NCBI RefSeq assembly: GCF_046119375.1
Contig: NW_027362768.1
Coordinates: 375,100,001-375,164,000, forward strand
Origin: Phyllobates terribilis
Taxonomy: Eukaryota
DNA length: 64,000 bases
Reading direction: 5' to 3'
The notes under the pieces are model-generated. The model ran no database searches. It worked only from the letters and a program-made list of their open reading frames with translations, and was not told the DNA's origin. Of the stretch, positions 48,120 through 60,800 are shown piece by piece (positions within the stretch are counted from its first letter, which is position 1; each line of letters starts with the position of its first letter). The position numbers and the translations under genes are program-made.

Positions 48120-51100
48120 TCACAGCTTCTCAAATGGGAATAGGTGTTTTTCTTCTCCCCTTTTCTCCCTCTTGGTTTTCCGTTTCACCTTTGCTCCCTT
48201 CGGCTCTTCAGCCTTTCTGTTCTGGGGCCAGGATACGGCCGTGTCCAGAGCCGGGGTCTCGTTCGCCGGTTGCTCCTCGTCTGATGAGAATCCTTCTCCG
48301 GCTGCAGAGGTGAAGTGTGCGGAGTCCTGCAGAAATAATACAGTAAAGAGTCAGGATAAAAGGTTCTTAGGATGCGATCAGCAAAACCTTATCAGTCTGG
48401 TGGTGGAATTAAAGCGTGGGGGTCCCAATTAATTAGTGCAAAGTTCTGAGTCCCACACAGGAGGGGGACGAATTTTGCAGCAGGTTTCACCTATACAGTA
48501 GAGTATGCATAATGCACCAGGTATAGGGCAGACTGCAGGTGTGCACACACTGTCCACCCCGATATACAATTTGCTTTCTCTGCAGATAGTGGCAGTAGGG
48601 GAGCGGTCTGGACGACTGGTCTATGTTCACAGCTTTACCTTCTGTCCATATCGCGCTTTCAGTCTCTCTCTGATCAGAAGACCCTTCACCAGCAGTTTCC
48701 AGTTTCCCAGCGCTCGTTTTTCTCGCTTCTACAAAACAAGTACAGAGACCGGTCTGAATATTGGGTCATTTTTCCATGGTGCATGGAATCGGTTCTGTCA
48801 CTCACCTCTTTCTGCTTGCGCGCGATCTCCACCTGTTCATTCTCCCAGGCGGCCAGCAAGACGTCTTTATATTCCTCACACACAATATAACCATCAGTAC
48901 TGGGGAAATACAAGAGAAGAAACCTAGTACCTCAGTTGTCATTTTCTGTAACTCTCTGGTTTTATTTCCTAACCATTCTGTTTGCTGTCAGTGAATGGAA
49001 ATGTTAATCGTTTAAATTCACAGGCTTAAAACGTTCAGTGTCCAGACGTGGTAGAATTGCTGCAGATATGCCAAAATGATAAAAGTGGATGGGGGCTTCA
49101 TAACCCAATATGTTAAAGAGAATAAAAACAAAACAGTGCAGACATATGAGCTTGCTAATTCATTATGACAATGCTGCAGATGTCACCTTGCGATGCAGAT
49201 CGTGTGTAACCTGATGCACAGGTAACTTGCATATATTGCAGTGGATTTCTGCACGTCTGGACTTACGCCAAGGGAGGAGGACACGCTACATCATATCGAG
49301 TGAAGGGTCAGTGGGACATTATCAATCTCTGAATGTCAACTACGGCTTCCGCTGTTCACTGACCGCAATCACATATCTTGCATACAGTAAAGGCAATGTT
49401 GGGGGTGGTTACACTGGATAAATTAGGTACAAACCCCAAAAGTTATGTTAGAGGGGTCATCAGCCTTACATAGGGTGCGAGTAGCCACAGTGGAAGTCAA
49501 AGCCGGTGATGGCAGTGGCGCAGTCGATGTCCAGCTTCCTGGCAACGCGGTGCAGATTAGCGACTTGCAGATGGCAGCAGCCGATGGGCAGCATGTTGGG
49601 CTTAAAGAGGTAGACATTGCCGAACTCATTGCGAGGAACCTGCATATCAAAAAGATAAGGATTCTGGTAGACGAAACCACAGCGCTGAGTCCACCACATG
49701 AATCTGCTGATGTTGGGGGAACTGGACGACGCCATCAAGGTGTCACAACTATAACTGAATAGCAAATGTTGGGGGAAGAAAAGCATGAGCCACGGTATCA
49801 AAGGAGATAAGTTGTTTAGCAGCAGCTTATTCCCTCTCCCCATTGAGAACATATGCACACACTACTGAACAGCATGCAGATGTACGGGGGAAGTCAGGAG
49901 GAACAGCAGTCGGCTCAGTAAGGGTTTGACCGATAGGTATCTAGGGTGAAGTGGGTCATGTCTATCACTGTCATTTACAAACTTCATGCACCGACACTGC
50001 AGCATTACCTTTCCATCCACAGCAATAGGCGGCTGATACTCCTCCGTCTGCCACTGGCCAAACAGAGCAAGGTCATTGCTGTCCTTCTCTGGATCTGCCA
50101 GGCGGGCTTTTCTCGCTCGATTAGACTGCCCTTTCACCATCTGTGTACGAAGCAGATCGGATGTGACAAATGACATTACAAGAGCGTCCTCTAAAGTTTT
50201 TCTGCTAAGTCAGTTTAGTTATCCGTGCCCAGTGGGGCCAAGCAGTCTGTCCATTACCTTGTAAGGCACCTCCCCGAGCCGCACCACGCGGGCATCCTTC
50301 AACCACGTGTCTCGTGAATGCAGGGTGTGGACACAAGACCTGCGGAGAGATGACCGGTTGCGTTTTACTGCACAGGATCTTTAATCTAGCGCCTGTGATA
50401 CAATGCCAGCCTACAGCCAGATCCGGGATGTGCAGTTCTGTGTCCGTCACATCCCAAAGGTAAAGTAGAAGACTGAAAAAAAGGGTGTATACCCAATATA
50501 TATTCAGTGTTAAAGCCGTTAGTTTATTACCTGGAATACACAGCCTCCCCTCTACAGGAGCCAAGGATGGCGGCAGATTCGGGATAGATGGCTTCATACT
50601 TCAGTAGGTGTCTCTTTAGAGCGTAGAGGGGATGGTTCTTATACTCTGTGATAGAGGTCGGCAGGGGCTGGTCCAGGAGTTTCACTTCAAACTAAAAAAA
50701 AAAAAAAATTGAAAAATCAGTAATTTGGAGTAAAAGGGGCTGTCCGGTATCAGAAGATTTTCCAGATACTACGTGACTGTAGACTGCCGAATTGTGGCAG
50801 TGTGTGGTGCACTGACAGCCATGCTTCCCCTGCATTCTCCGCACGTGTGACCGGGCACATACTTGTGGTCATTTGCCGATTAAACTCCTGCGCTTCCCTC
50901 AATTCTCATCTGTTGGGCGAGGCTAGTCTGCAAAGGACTGCAAGCATGGACATCACAAATGTGGCCACGTGACCGTTCACCCGTGTGGGGAATACAGCAT
51001 GAGCACACTAACAATACGGCAGTCTGCAAAGTATTCAATACATTAAATATATTGCATCTGTTCCCAATTGTAAGGTGCTAATGCCAGAGAATAATGTATT

Positions 51101-54100
51101 GAATATTTTTGAACATTTAAATAGCTAATTTTTGGCATCGGCATCTCACAATTGGGAATAGGTGCAATACATCTAATATCTACATGAACTTTGTCATCTA
51201 ATAATTGTTGTAATTGTTGTAAAAATTGGCGGTACATATAAGTAGAGAATTTATCATGTATTAAGTCTGTTAATAATAGCTGAGTGTAATTGTGGAGAGT
51301 ACCTGCATTTTTATTTGCTTTAATATAAATTGAAATTAAGTTGATTATTTTTTTAAAAAATTGTTGGATTCCATCTTCCTATTTAAAGCTGCCCTTAATT
51401 GCTCCAGTTTTTGTTGTAAGATTGTGTTTGGGAAGTGGTGATTAATAGTTGACCTTTTTGAATATATTTCTTGTTTGTATGTAGCACATGTTTAGAAGCA
51501 GCAGCAGTATGGAGGACATTACACAGAAATGCTGAGCAGTGTAGCTGTGAATCCAGCTCTGTAGTGATAAACTTACTAGGAAGCTGCAGCACCATCTGAC
51601 TGTCTGAGTCCCTTGCTGTCCCCCCCCCCCTCTAAAACCCTTATTGGCAGGCATAACTTGACCCCTCAGTTAGCAGACAGTGTCTTGTTTTAACCAAGAC
51701 AGATTTCAGCAGTTTTTTCTGAGTGACTAAGATCATGGGATTAAGGGGAAGAGAGGTGGCTCATAAGTGAAGATGAAAACATATTTCTCTAGTAAGATAA
51801 ATAATCTTTATTTTTATATAGCGCTAACATATACCGCAGCGCTTTACATACATTATCATCGCTGTCCCCATCAGGGCTCACAATCTAGATTCACTATCAG
51901 TATGTCTTTCTAGTGTGGGAGGAAACCGGAGAACCTGGAGGAAACCCACGCAAACACGGGGAGAACATACAAACTCCTTGCAGATGTTGTCCTTGGTGGG
52001 ATTTGAACCCAGGACCCCAGCGCTGCAAGGCATATACAATATTTCTTATTTTATCTTGTACTATCAAATTCTGCAAAGTTAGTTTAAATTATAGCAATCA
52101 TTTAAACCTCTCAGACATTTCTGGCATATCTACAGGACAAGTCAAATGTCTAGTAGGTACAGGTCCCACCCGTGGCCCCTGTCTCAGAGCAACTGTAGAT
52201 AAGGGACGACTGCATCCATCACTCTCTACAATCACGTCTATTGCAGTACGGAAAAAGGCAGAGCTTGTGTGCAAACCGGACCTCCATTATTGAGACAGCT
52301 GCTTGTGAACACTTCATGCTGAGGCGTTTGCACCAGTAGCCCCACAAACACCAGTGGAGTTACTAATGCAGGCGGGGTAAAATGCCGTGGTCATACACCA
52401 TAGTCTCCGCTCCTTACCTCTACATCTTCCTTATCTCCCCGTGCAGTGTCGCTGCTTCTATAAGGCAGCAGGGTCTCTTCCCACCACTCTGTATCTACGC
52501 GACGTTTGCGGGTCCTGGTCATCCACTCTGGATCATATCTTCGAGTCACATCTTTTACATGCCCTGTGGTATCAATCCCCACAATGTAGGTAACCGGTTT
52601 GGTGGTGGCCTTGAAGCACAGGGAAGGCTGGTTAACCTTCCCATACACACAGTCCACGCAGACCCACTTCTCTTCTTTCTCCAGGTAGACCTCCACCCAC
52701 TGATCGCTACCTCTGGTCGGGGGCAGCAATATCTCCTCATCCTCATCATCGGTGGAAATGATCTTGCCTCTCCTCTTAGGCTTTTGGTCGTCATCTTTGG
52801 GTGAGCTCTTTGCTTTAGGATGTCCTGGGGAAACAGGACTCTTCGCTGTGCCCTGCCCAGACCTCCTCCTGTTCACCTTTACTGAGGACAGCCCTTTAAC
52901 TTTCCTTTCAATTGACTCGTCCCAGTCGGAGAAGTCGCTGTCCTCGCTGCCAGTGTAGGAATAGTCAGAATCGCTGCTGCCCTCGTGGCTCTCGCTCTCC
53001 TCCTTATATGATACTTTGGAGGCCACTTTCCTCCGGAGCTGATTTTTGGGATTTGCTTTAACCTTTGTGTCTTCAGCGTTCTCCCCTGACGTCTCCGTCT
53101 TGACTTTACGGACTTCTCTTTTAGGTGTGACAACTTCTAATTGTTTCCGATCTTCATCCTCTGAACTGTCCAAGGAAATGGTCTCCTTTTCCTCCTGTTT
53201 TGGCTTTGCTTTTGATTTTCCTTTGGGGGATTTTTGGGGTCTGGCTGTTTTATTCGACTTCTTAGATGACTTCCCTTTTGGGCTGTTTGTTATCTAGAAG
53301 GCAAAAAAATGCAGCTGAGCTCAAGTCGCCATTACCCTTCTGTCAGCCGTGATGTAAGGCAGGATTTCTGCTCATCACAAGCCAGAAGCTGGTAAAGTCT
53401 CATCTTTTTTATATGGCTCACGTATAACCCTTACCTTGCTGGGTGGTTCCTTTATGGGGATCGGCTGTAGGGAGAGCACCAGGCGGCTGAGAAGCTGCAA
53501 CGCTCGAAGGAGAATCAAAAACAGCTGCAAAAACAAAATAATGAAATATTAATTATACATGTGTAGGTCATAGATGTCCGGGATAGGAATGTATAATGAC
53601 AACTTCTGCAGATTTCTAATATACTTTGGCCTCAGATTCATTAAGATTGGTATTTATTACGTTAATCTTGATGAAGAGTGTGTTGCGGTCAGATCTGCAC
53701 TCTTAGTGAATTTGACACATCATTCAGTTCTCTTGTGCCAAGGGCAAAAAACTTATTCCAGTGAGGAATTAATACATGGCGCAAATTTGTTGATTGTCCT
53801 TTGTCAAAACCCTCCCAAAAAAAGCTCCCGGCCACTCTTCTAAAAGCTGGCTTAAAAGTGCCAAAAGTCACAAAATGTTTGAGCAAGTTGTGCAAGAACA
53901 GTGGAACTTTTCAAATAGTTTTATGACAGAAATCTGGTAAAAACTGTTTATTGCATCGCAGCCTGTCAGTCCACAAAGCACCAGAACAGCAAAGATTTGT
54001 GTTGCTAATAAAATAGTCTTAAAAAAAAAAAAAAAAATGTCATAGTTTGTTGTTGTGCCCGGACCACGGCGCTCGAGGGGAGCTGAACCCGATGCCATAG

Positions 54101-57100
54101 CACAATGTAACATTACTATACCACATGTAATGGTTGCCAGAGGTTTGGCATTGGGGCACAGCATCTTCCTTACCAAATCACTGCTTCTTGCTCGAGGAAG
54201 TACAGGCCTAATGCTGAGCGTTTGCTTAATTTGTATCCAGTCCATACAATCCTGTATAAGCTGAACATACATTGCAATAAACTATAGAGACAGGAGTGTA
54301 ATCAGTGCAGGAAAAATGTATCAGGGGGATTCTAAACTGGCTAACACAATAGCAAACCCTCAGCTGTGAGAAGTAGAAGATCGTGGCAGCCTGGAGACGA
54401 TGGATTGATTACCGAAGGTCATTATGTTATCTGGCCCTTTTTTTCCACCTAAATTTAATCTTTGGAATTCATGGAAGCCCACTGATTTACAGACATCATG
54501 GAGGTCCCGTATTATCTGCATTGTCCAGACCTACATTGGCTTAAAGTTTGCATTTACATTTTGTAACCAGTGATGTGTCACCTACATGCACCATTTCCTC
54601 CCCGTCCCTCACTCCGTACACTCCAAATCTCTGCTCTAGCCGGGCAGACAGCGGTTCTTGATCATCAAGAGACATGTCTGGATTCAGGGTAAATGTGGTC
54701 GTAAACCTAGAAGGGAAGAGAATTTACAAGTGAACCCTTTATATACAGCAGTTATAATAAATCGCCCTCAGAGAATCTCTTACCACTTCACTAGATTGGT
54801 CATGTACACCACATCTATCCGAGCAGAGTGAACATTTACAAATTTAACTGGAACCACAGACAGCGCCACCGCCTGGAGGTCTGGGGAGTTGCACATGTCA
54901 CTGCGGAAGAAGCCATTGCCAAGGAGGCAAAGCAGATGAACCTAGGAGAAGAAAAATAAGAGCATAAGGTCATGTAAGGCCATACATATGAGTGTCATCC
55001 TCCTCATAAGCTAAGCTTATATTCTATTTTTGTTGTTAATGCACCAAGGAGAATTAATAAACCACATGACAATTGCTGCGCAATATCTCACTTTGTGGGT
55101 GTCTTCTCGCAGCTCCTTGCTGAACCGATTCATCATTCGGCGAAGATATGCGGCAAACTCTGCCTTTCTCTTCTCCCTGTAAAACATAGGCCCGTCCATC
55201 AGCTCCTAGTATTTACCTTAATCCCACCTCAGTCTATCCTGATGCTCAATAAATAAATCTGATCAATTTACCATTTACATATTAAATTATTCCACATGGA
55301 AAATATAAATAACTTTCTTAATGCACATTACTTATACTCCAGAGCTGCACTCACTATTCTGCAGGTGGAGTCACTGTGTACATGCATTACATTACTGATC
55401 CTGAGTTACATCCTGTATTATACTCCAGAGCTGCACTCACTATTCTGCTGGTGGAGTCACTGTGTACATGCATTACATTACTGATCCTGAGTTACATCCT
55501 GCATTATACTCCAGAGCTGCACTCACTTCTGCTGGTACAGTCACTGTGTACATACATTACATTACTGATCCTGAGTTACATCCTGTATTATACTCCAGAG
55601 CTGCACTCACTATTCTGCTGGTGCAGTCACTGTGTACATACATTACATTACTGATCCTGAGTTACATCCTGTAAGCTTCAGAGCTGAGATCAACCTACAT
55701 TCTCTGTGTGTTCAGCATTAGCACGGATTGCTCTGTTGATCTGTAGTCTGCATTGCAGAGTTCCAGTAAACTGTTTGGGGCGATTATAACAAGCAAAAGC
55801 AGAATTGTAAATTCTGCTCTGGACTATGTTATAGGCTATAAATGCAGTTCAGCGAAGAAGTGATGGTGAGTGAATTTTTGCAAACCTAATTTACCTTCTT
55901 AATCTTTTCTTGGCAGCTTCTGCTGTTTCAATCTCTATCTCCACAGACTCTGTGGGTAACCCCGAATCATTGGAGGTTGTGGCTTGTAAAGAGTCCAGAG
56001 TGGTGGCATTGAGCTCTATAACAAAGGACAAGACGAATATTTATTAATGTGAATCTGTATCAACATATGAACATTTATAGTGCAAAACGCTAAGCCTAAC
56101 AGCACCTTCTGTCCCCTGAAAAGCAAGTCTGCTGTTCTGTCCCTCCACCATGCTTTACACTGCAACTCAGAAATACAGTTTTTAGTGCTTCATCCTAATT
56201 TCAGCCCCCAGAATACCTTCCACGTCCTCCCACTCCTCCTCACTGTCCTCTCCATCTTCTGAGCTGATTGCCTTTTTAACAGCAGCATCAGAAACCGCAG
56301 ACTGCGACTCCAAACGTAATAATTTTCTGAAAGAGAAGAACATAATAAAGTAACAGCTTAACCTGCAGTCAATGAAGAAATGCCGCAACACAGCGCATTG
56401 TATGCCAATTAGCTGAAAAAGGAGTCATTATGGAGGAAGAGGCCGCCACGGGGCATTTAGTGAATATAATTATCCGCCAATTTATTGTTAAAAGGAGCAA
56501 TTATCGCGCAGTGCGAACCTGACAACTGGTCACATTAAAAGGAAAAGTCCACTTTTAATCTATTGCAAAAAGGAAACGGGTCGTCAGGATTTGAACTATT
56601 GTTTACATTAAAAAAAAAAATAAAATCTTAATTTTAATTTTTAAATTCCCTATCAGTGGTTATATAAAAAAAAATGGATCCTCAGGATATTCCATCCGAT
56701 ATATGTCTAAGACTTAACAGAAGACAAGGAAAAAAGAAAAAAAATCCAATGAGAACTTTCCAATATAAACCTTCTGCTTCCTCGGACGGTGAATGTTGCG
56801 CATGCTCTGGGGTTGCCATGGCACCACGCAAAGTTTCCCGGGAAGGACCAGTGCCGACAATACACTCACTGGATCTCCTTCTCTGGATCCTCTTCCTTCA
56901 CTTTCTTCTCTGCAGTCTTCTTGTTTCTCGGAGGTTTCTTCCCCGCAGCGTCGCCCCCGGGCGTCTTCTCCGCACCTTTCGCGGCCTTTGTTGTGGTTCT
57001 GGCACCTGCTGTGACTCGGCTTCTCTTATTTGTCACCTCCTCACATTCATCCTCCGCAGCATCTGCAGAAACCACCAACAAAAAGCAGAAGTAAAAAGGT

Positions 57101-57698
57101 AGATAAATGGCAAAAGGAACACAAAGACAAGAAAATCAAGCTAAAAACGGAGCAGAGGCACCGGATCCGACCCAGACAGCCGGTCCACGGGGGAGAATGC
57201 CGCAGTATTATTCTGTATAAGCGCCTGCAGTTTTTGCCGTTTGTTGCGTTATTTTGGGCAGACTGGACGCAGCGTTCGCTATCACCGCTGCCTCGTACTG
57301 GACATAACCGCATTGTACAAACTTCTGCAACTTTCTAAAAAGCCATGCGCTGCAATGCTAAGATCTCTGCTTGATGAATCAGGGGGCTACTCCGGCCTTA
57401 AAGGGATTTTCCACTATGACTTGGAGTCCACTGGGGCAGGGGAGATGCAGTGAGTGAATCTCTTGGCCTTAAGGGGATCCCTTTAAGGTTTATTTATGAC
57501 TAGAGACACCCTTTAAGGGACTATGCTAATGATATAGAGGGCGGAGTCAGAACATTCTCACTGACGGCCCGGCACATAGAGCAGTGGTCACCGCTGCCGC
57601 CCACCTTTGCCCCGTGCGGCTGGCGCCCTCTTCCCCGGCTGCTTCCTTGGCTTTTTGCAGTCGGTCCGTCCATCCGCAGAGCACCGGCGCTTCCCCAT
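48120..57698 (-). CDS. XPC: DNA damage recognition factor XPC (Rad4 family), 927 aa, 16 exons
   Basis: complement(join(57605-57698,56870-57062,56217-56326,55895-56015,55092-55176,54784-54941,54586-54706,53435-53524,52418-53293,50531-50691,50258-50339,50009-50140,49470-49639,48806-48899,48639-48728,48120-48326)) = 2784 nt, phase-consistent. Motifs [24 protein letters not shown]...[36 protein letters not shown]-terminal HLFPFEKL. Confidence 0.96.
51808..52032 (-). mobile_element. tRNA-derived SINE fragment (XPC intron 9)
   Basis: Same family as 31061-31263; B-box gggttcaaatccc on the - strand. Confidence 0.75.
55333..55672 (-). repeat. 86-bp satellite array C (XPC intron 4), ~4 units
   Basis: Reverse complement of the array A unit. 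Confidence 0.93.
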
Positions 57699-57892
57699 CC
57701 CGCCTCCTCCCCGCTCCCCACTGCTCCCTCATCCACACATGCTGCTGTTGTATAACAGACCAAAGGAAGCCACGTGATTCCGCATCTCACGCTTGATTGG
57801 CTGAACCTCACCCCCGCCTGACAGCGGCATAAATCTCGCGCGAGTTCTGTTGTCAGGGAGATCAGCCTCTTCCGCTGAGCGGGGATTTCAAG
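57699..57892. promoter_or_regulatory. Compact bidirectional promoter XPC/LSM3
   Basis: 194 bp between divergent ATGs and CpG-rich. E-box CACGTG at 57771-76, inverted CCAAT at 57796-800, palindrome CTCGCGCGAG at 57835-44, and YY1-like AAGATGGCGG over the LSM3 ATG. Confidence 0.75.
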
Positions 57893-60800
57893 ATGGCGGA
57901 TGACGGAGAGCAGGTGAGCGCGGAGCACGAGATCATGTGCTAACTTCTCACAGCTCCTACAGCGAGCAGAAGCCGCCATTATAACCTGTCAGCAACGACT
58001 GAGGCGTCTAGTCTGGTTCTCATCACTGTTGTGCTGGTGCAGTCAATGTGTACAGACATTACTGATCCTGTATTCTACTCCAGAGCTGCAGTCACTGTGT
58101 ATATTCTACATTACTGATCCTGAGTTACCTCCTGAATTATACTCCAGAGCTGCACTCACTATTCTGCTGGTGCAGTCACTGTGTATATACATTACTGATC
58201 CTGAGTTACCTCCTGAATTATACTCCAGAGCTGCACTCACTATTCTGCTGGTGCAGTCACTGTGTACATACATTACATTACTGATCCTGAGTTACATCCT
58301 GTGTTATACTCCAGAGCTGCACTCACTATTCTGCTGGTGCAGTCACTGTATACATACATTACTGATCTGGAGTTACATCCTGTATTATACTCCAGAGCTG
58401 CACTCACTGTTCTGCTGCTGCAGTCACTGTATACATACATTACTGATCCTGAGTTACATCCTGTGTTATACTCCAGAGCTGCACTCACTATTCTGCTGGT
58501 GCAGTCACTGTGTACATAGATTACATTACTGATCCTGAGTTACATCCAGTATTATACTCCAGAGCTGCACTCACTATTCTGCTGGTGCAGTCACTGTATA
58601 CATACATTACATTACTGATCTGGAGTTACATCCTGTATTATACTCCAGAGCTGCAGTCACTGTATACATACATTACATTACTGATCTGGAGTTACATCCT
58701 GTATCATACTCCAGAGCTGCACTCACTATTCTGCTGGTGTAATGTATGTACACAGTGACTGCACCAGCAGAATAGTGAGTGCAGCTCTGGAGTATGATAC
58801 AGGATGTAACTCAGGATCAGTAATGTAATGTATGTACACAATGACTGCACCAGCAGAATAGTGAGTGCGGCTCTGGAGTATAATACAAGATGTAACTCGG
58901 GATCAGTACAGGATCAGTAATGTAATGCATGTACACAGTGACTGCGTTACTGATCCTGTATTGATCCTGAGTTACATCTTGTATTATCCTCCAGAGCTGC
59001 ACTCACTATTCTGCTGGTGCAGTCACTGTGTACATACAGTACAGACCAAAAGTTTGGACACACCTTCTCATTTAAAGATTTTTCTGTATTTTCATGACTA
59101 TGAAAATTGTACATTCACACTGAAGGCATCAAAACTATGAATTAACACATGTGGAATTATATACTTAACAAAAAAGTGTGAAACAACTGAAAATATGTCT
59201 TATATTCTAGGTTCTTCAAAGTAGCCACCTTTTGCTTTGATGACGGCTTTGCACACTCTTGGCATTCTCTTGATGAGCTTCAAGAGGTAGTCACTGGAAA
59301 TGGTTTTCACTTCACAGGTGTGCCCTGTCAGGTTTAATAAGTTGGATTTCTTGCCTTATAAATGGGGTTGGGACCATCAGTTGCGTTGTGCAGAAGTCAG
59401 GTGGATACACAGCTGATAGTCCTACTGAATAGACTGTTAGAATTTGTATTATGGCAAGAAAAAAGCAGCTAAGTAAAGAAAAACGAGTGGCCATCATTAC
59501 TTAAAGAAATGAAGGTCAGTCAGTGTGAAAAATTGGGAAAACTTTGAAACTTTCCCCAAGTGCAGTTGCAAAAACCATCAAGTGCTACAAAGAAACTGGC
59601 TCACATGAGGACCGCCCCAGGAAAGGAAGACAAAGAGTCACCTCTGCTTCTGAGGATAAGTTTATCCGAGTCACCATCCTCAGAAATCGCAGGTTAACAG
59701 CAGCTCAGATTAGAGACCAGGTCAATGCCACACAGAGTTCTAGCAGCAGATACATCTCTACAACAACTGTTAAGAGGAGACTTTGTGCAGCAGGCCTTCA
59801 TGGTAAAATAGCTTCTAGGAAACCACTGCTAAGGACAGGCAACAAGCAGAAGAGACTTGTTTGGGCTAAAGAACACAAGGAATGGACATTAGACCAGTGG
59901 AAATCTGTGCTTTGCTCTGATGAGTCCAAATTTGAGATCTTTGGTTCCAACCACCGTGTCTTTATGCGAAGCAGAAAAGGTGAACGGATGGACTCTACAT
60001 GCCTGGTTCCCACCGTGAAGCATGGAGGAGGAGGTGTGATGGTATGGGGGTGCTTTGCTGGTGACACTGTTGGGAATTTATTCAAAATTGAAGGCATACT
60101 GAACCAGCATGGCTACCACAGCATCTTGCAGCGGCATGCTATTCCATCCGGTTTGCGTTTAGTTGGACCATCATTTATTTTTCAACAGGACAATGACCTC
60201 AAACACCTCCAGGCTGTGTAAGGGCTATTTGACCAAGAAGGAGAGTGATGGGGTGCTACGCCAGATGACCTGGCCTCCACAGTCACCAGACCTGAACCCA
60301 ATCGAGATGGTTTGGGGTGAGCTGGACCGCAGAGTGAAGGCAAAAGGGCCAACAAGTGCTAAGCATCTCTGGAAACTTATTCAAGATTGTTGGAAGACCA
60401 TTTCCGGTGACTACCTCTTGAAGCTCATCAAGAGAATGCCAAGAGTGTGCAAAACAGTCATCAAAGCTAAAGGTGGCTACTTTGAAGAACCTAGAATATA
60501 AGACATATTTTCAGTTATTTCACACATTTTTATTAAGTATATAATTCCACATGTGTTAATTCATAGTTTTGATGCCTTCAGTGGGAATGTACAATTTTTA
60601 TAGTCAAGAAAATACAGAAAAATCTTTAAATGAGAAGGTGTGTCCAAACTTTTGGTCTGTACTGTACATTACATTACTGATCCTGAGTTACATCCTGTAT
60701 TATACTCCAGAGCTGCACTCACTATTCTGCTGGTGCAGTCACTGTGTACATACATTACATTACTGATCCTGAATTACATCCTGTATTATACTCCAGAGCT

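Noticed and set aside
57560-57604. Alternative longer XPC exon 1 using downstream GT sites
   Set aside because: The AAAG|GTGGGC donor at 57605/57604 already gives the phase-1 junction needed for exon 2.
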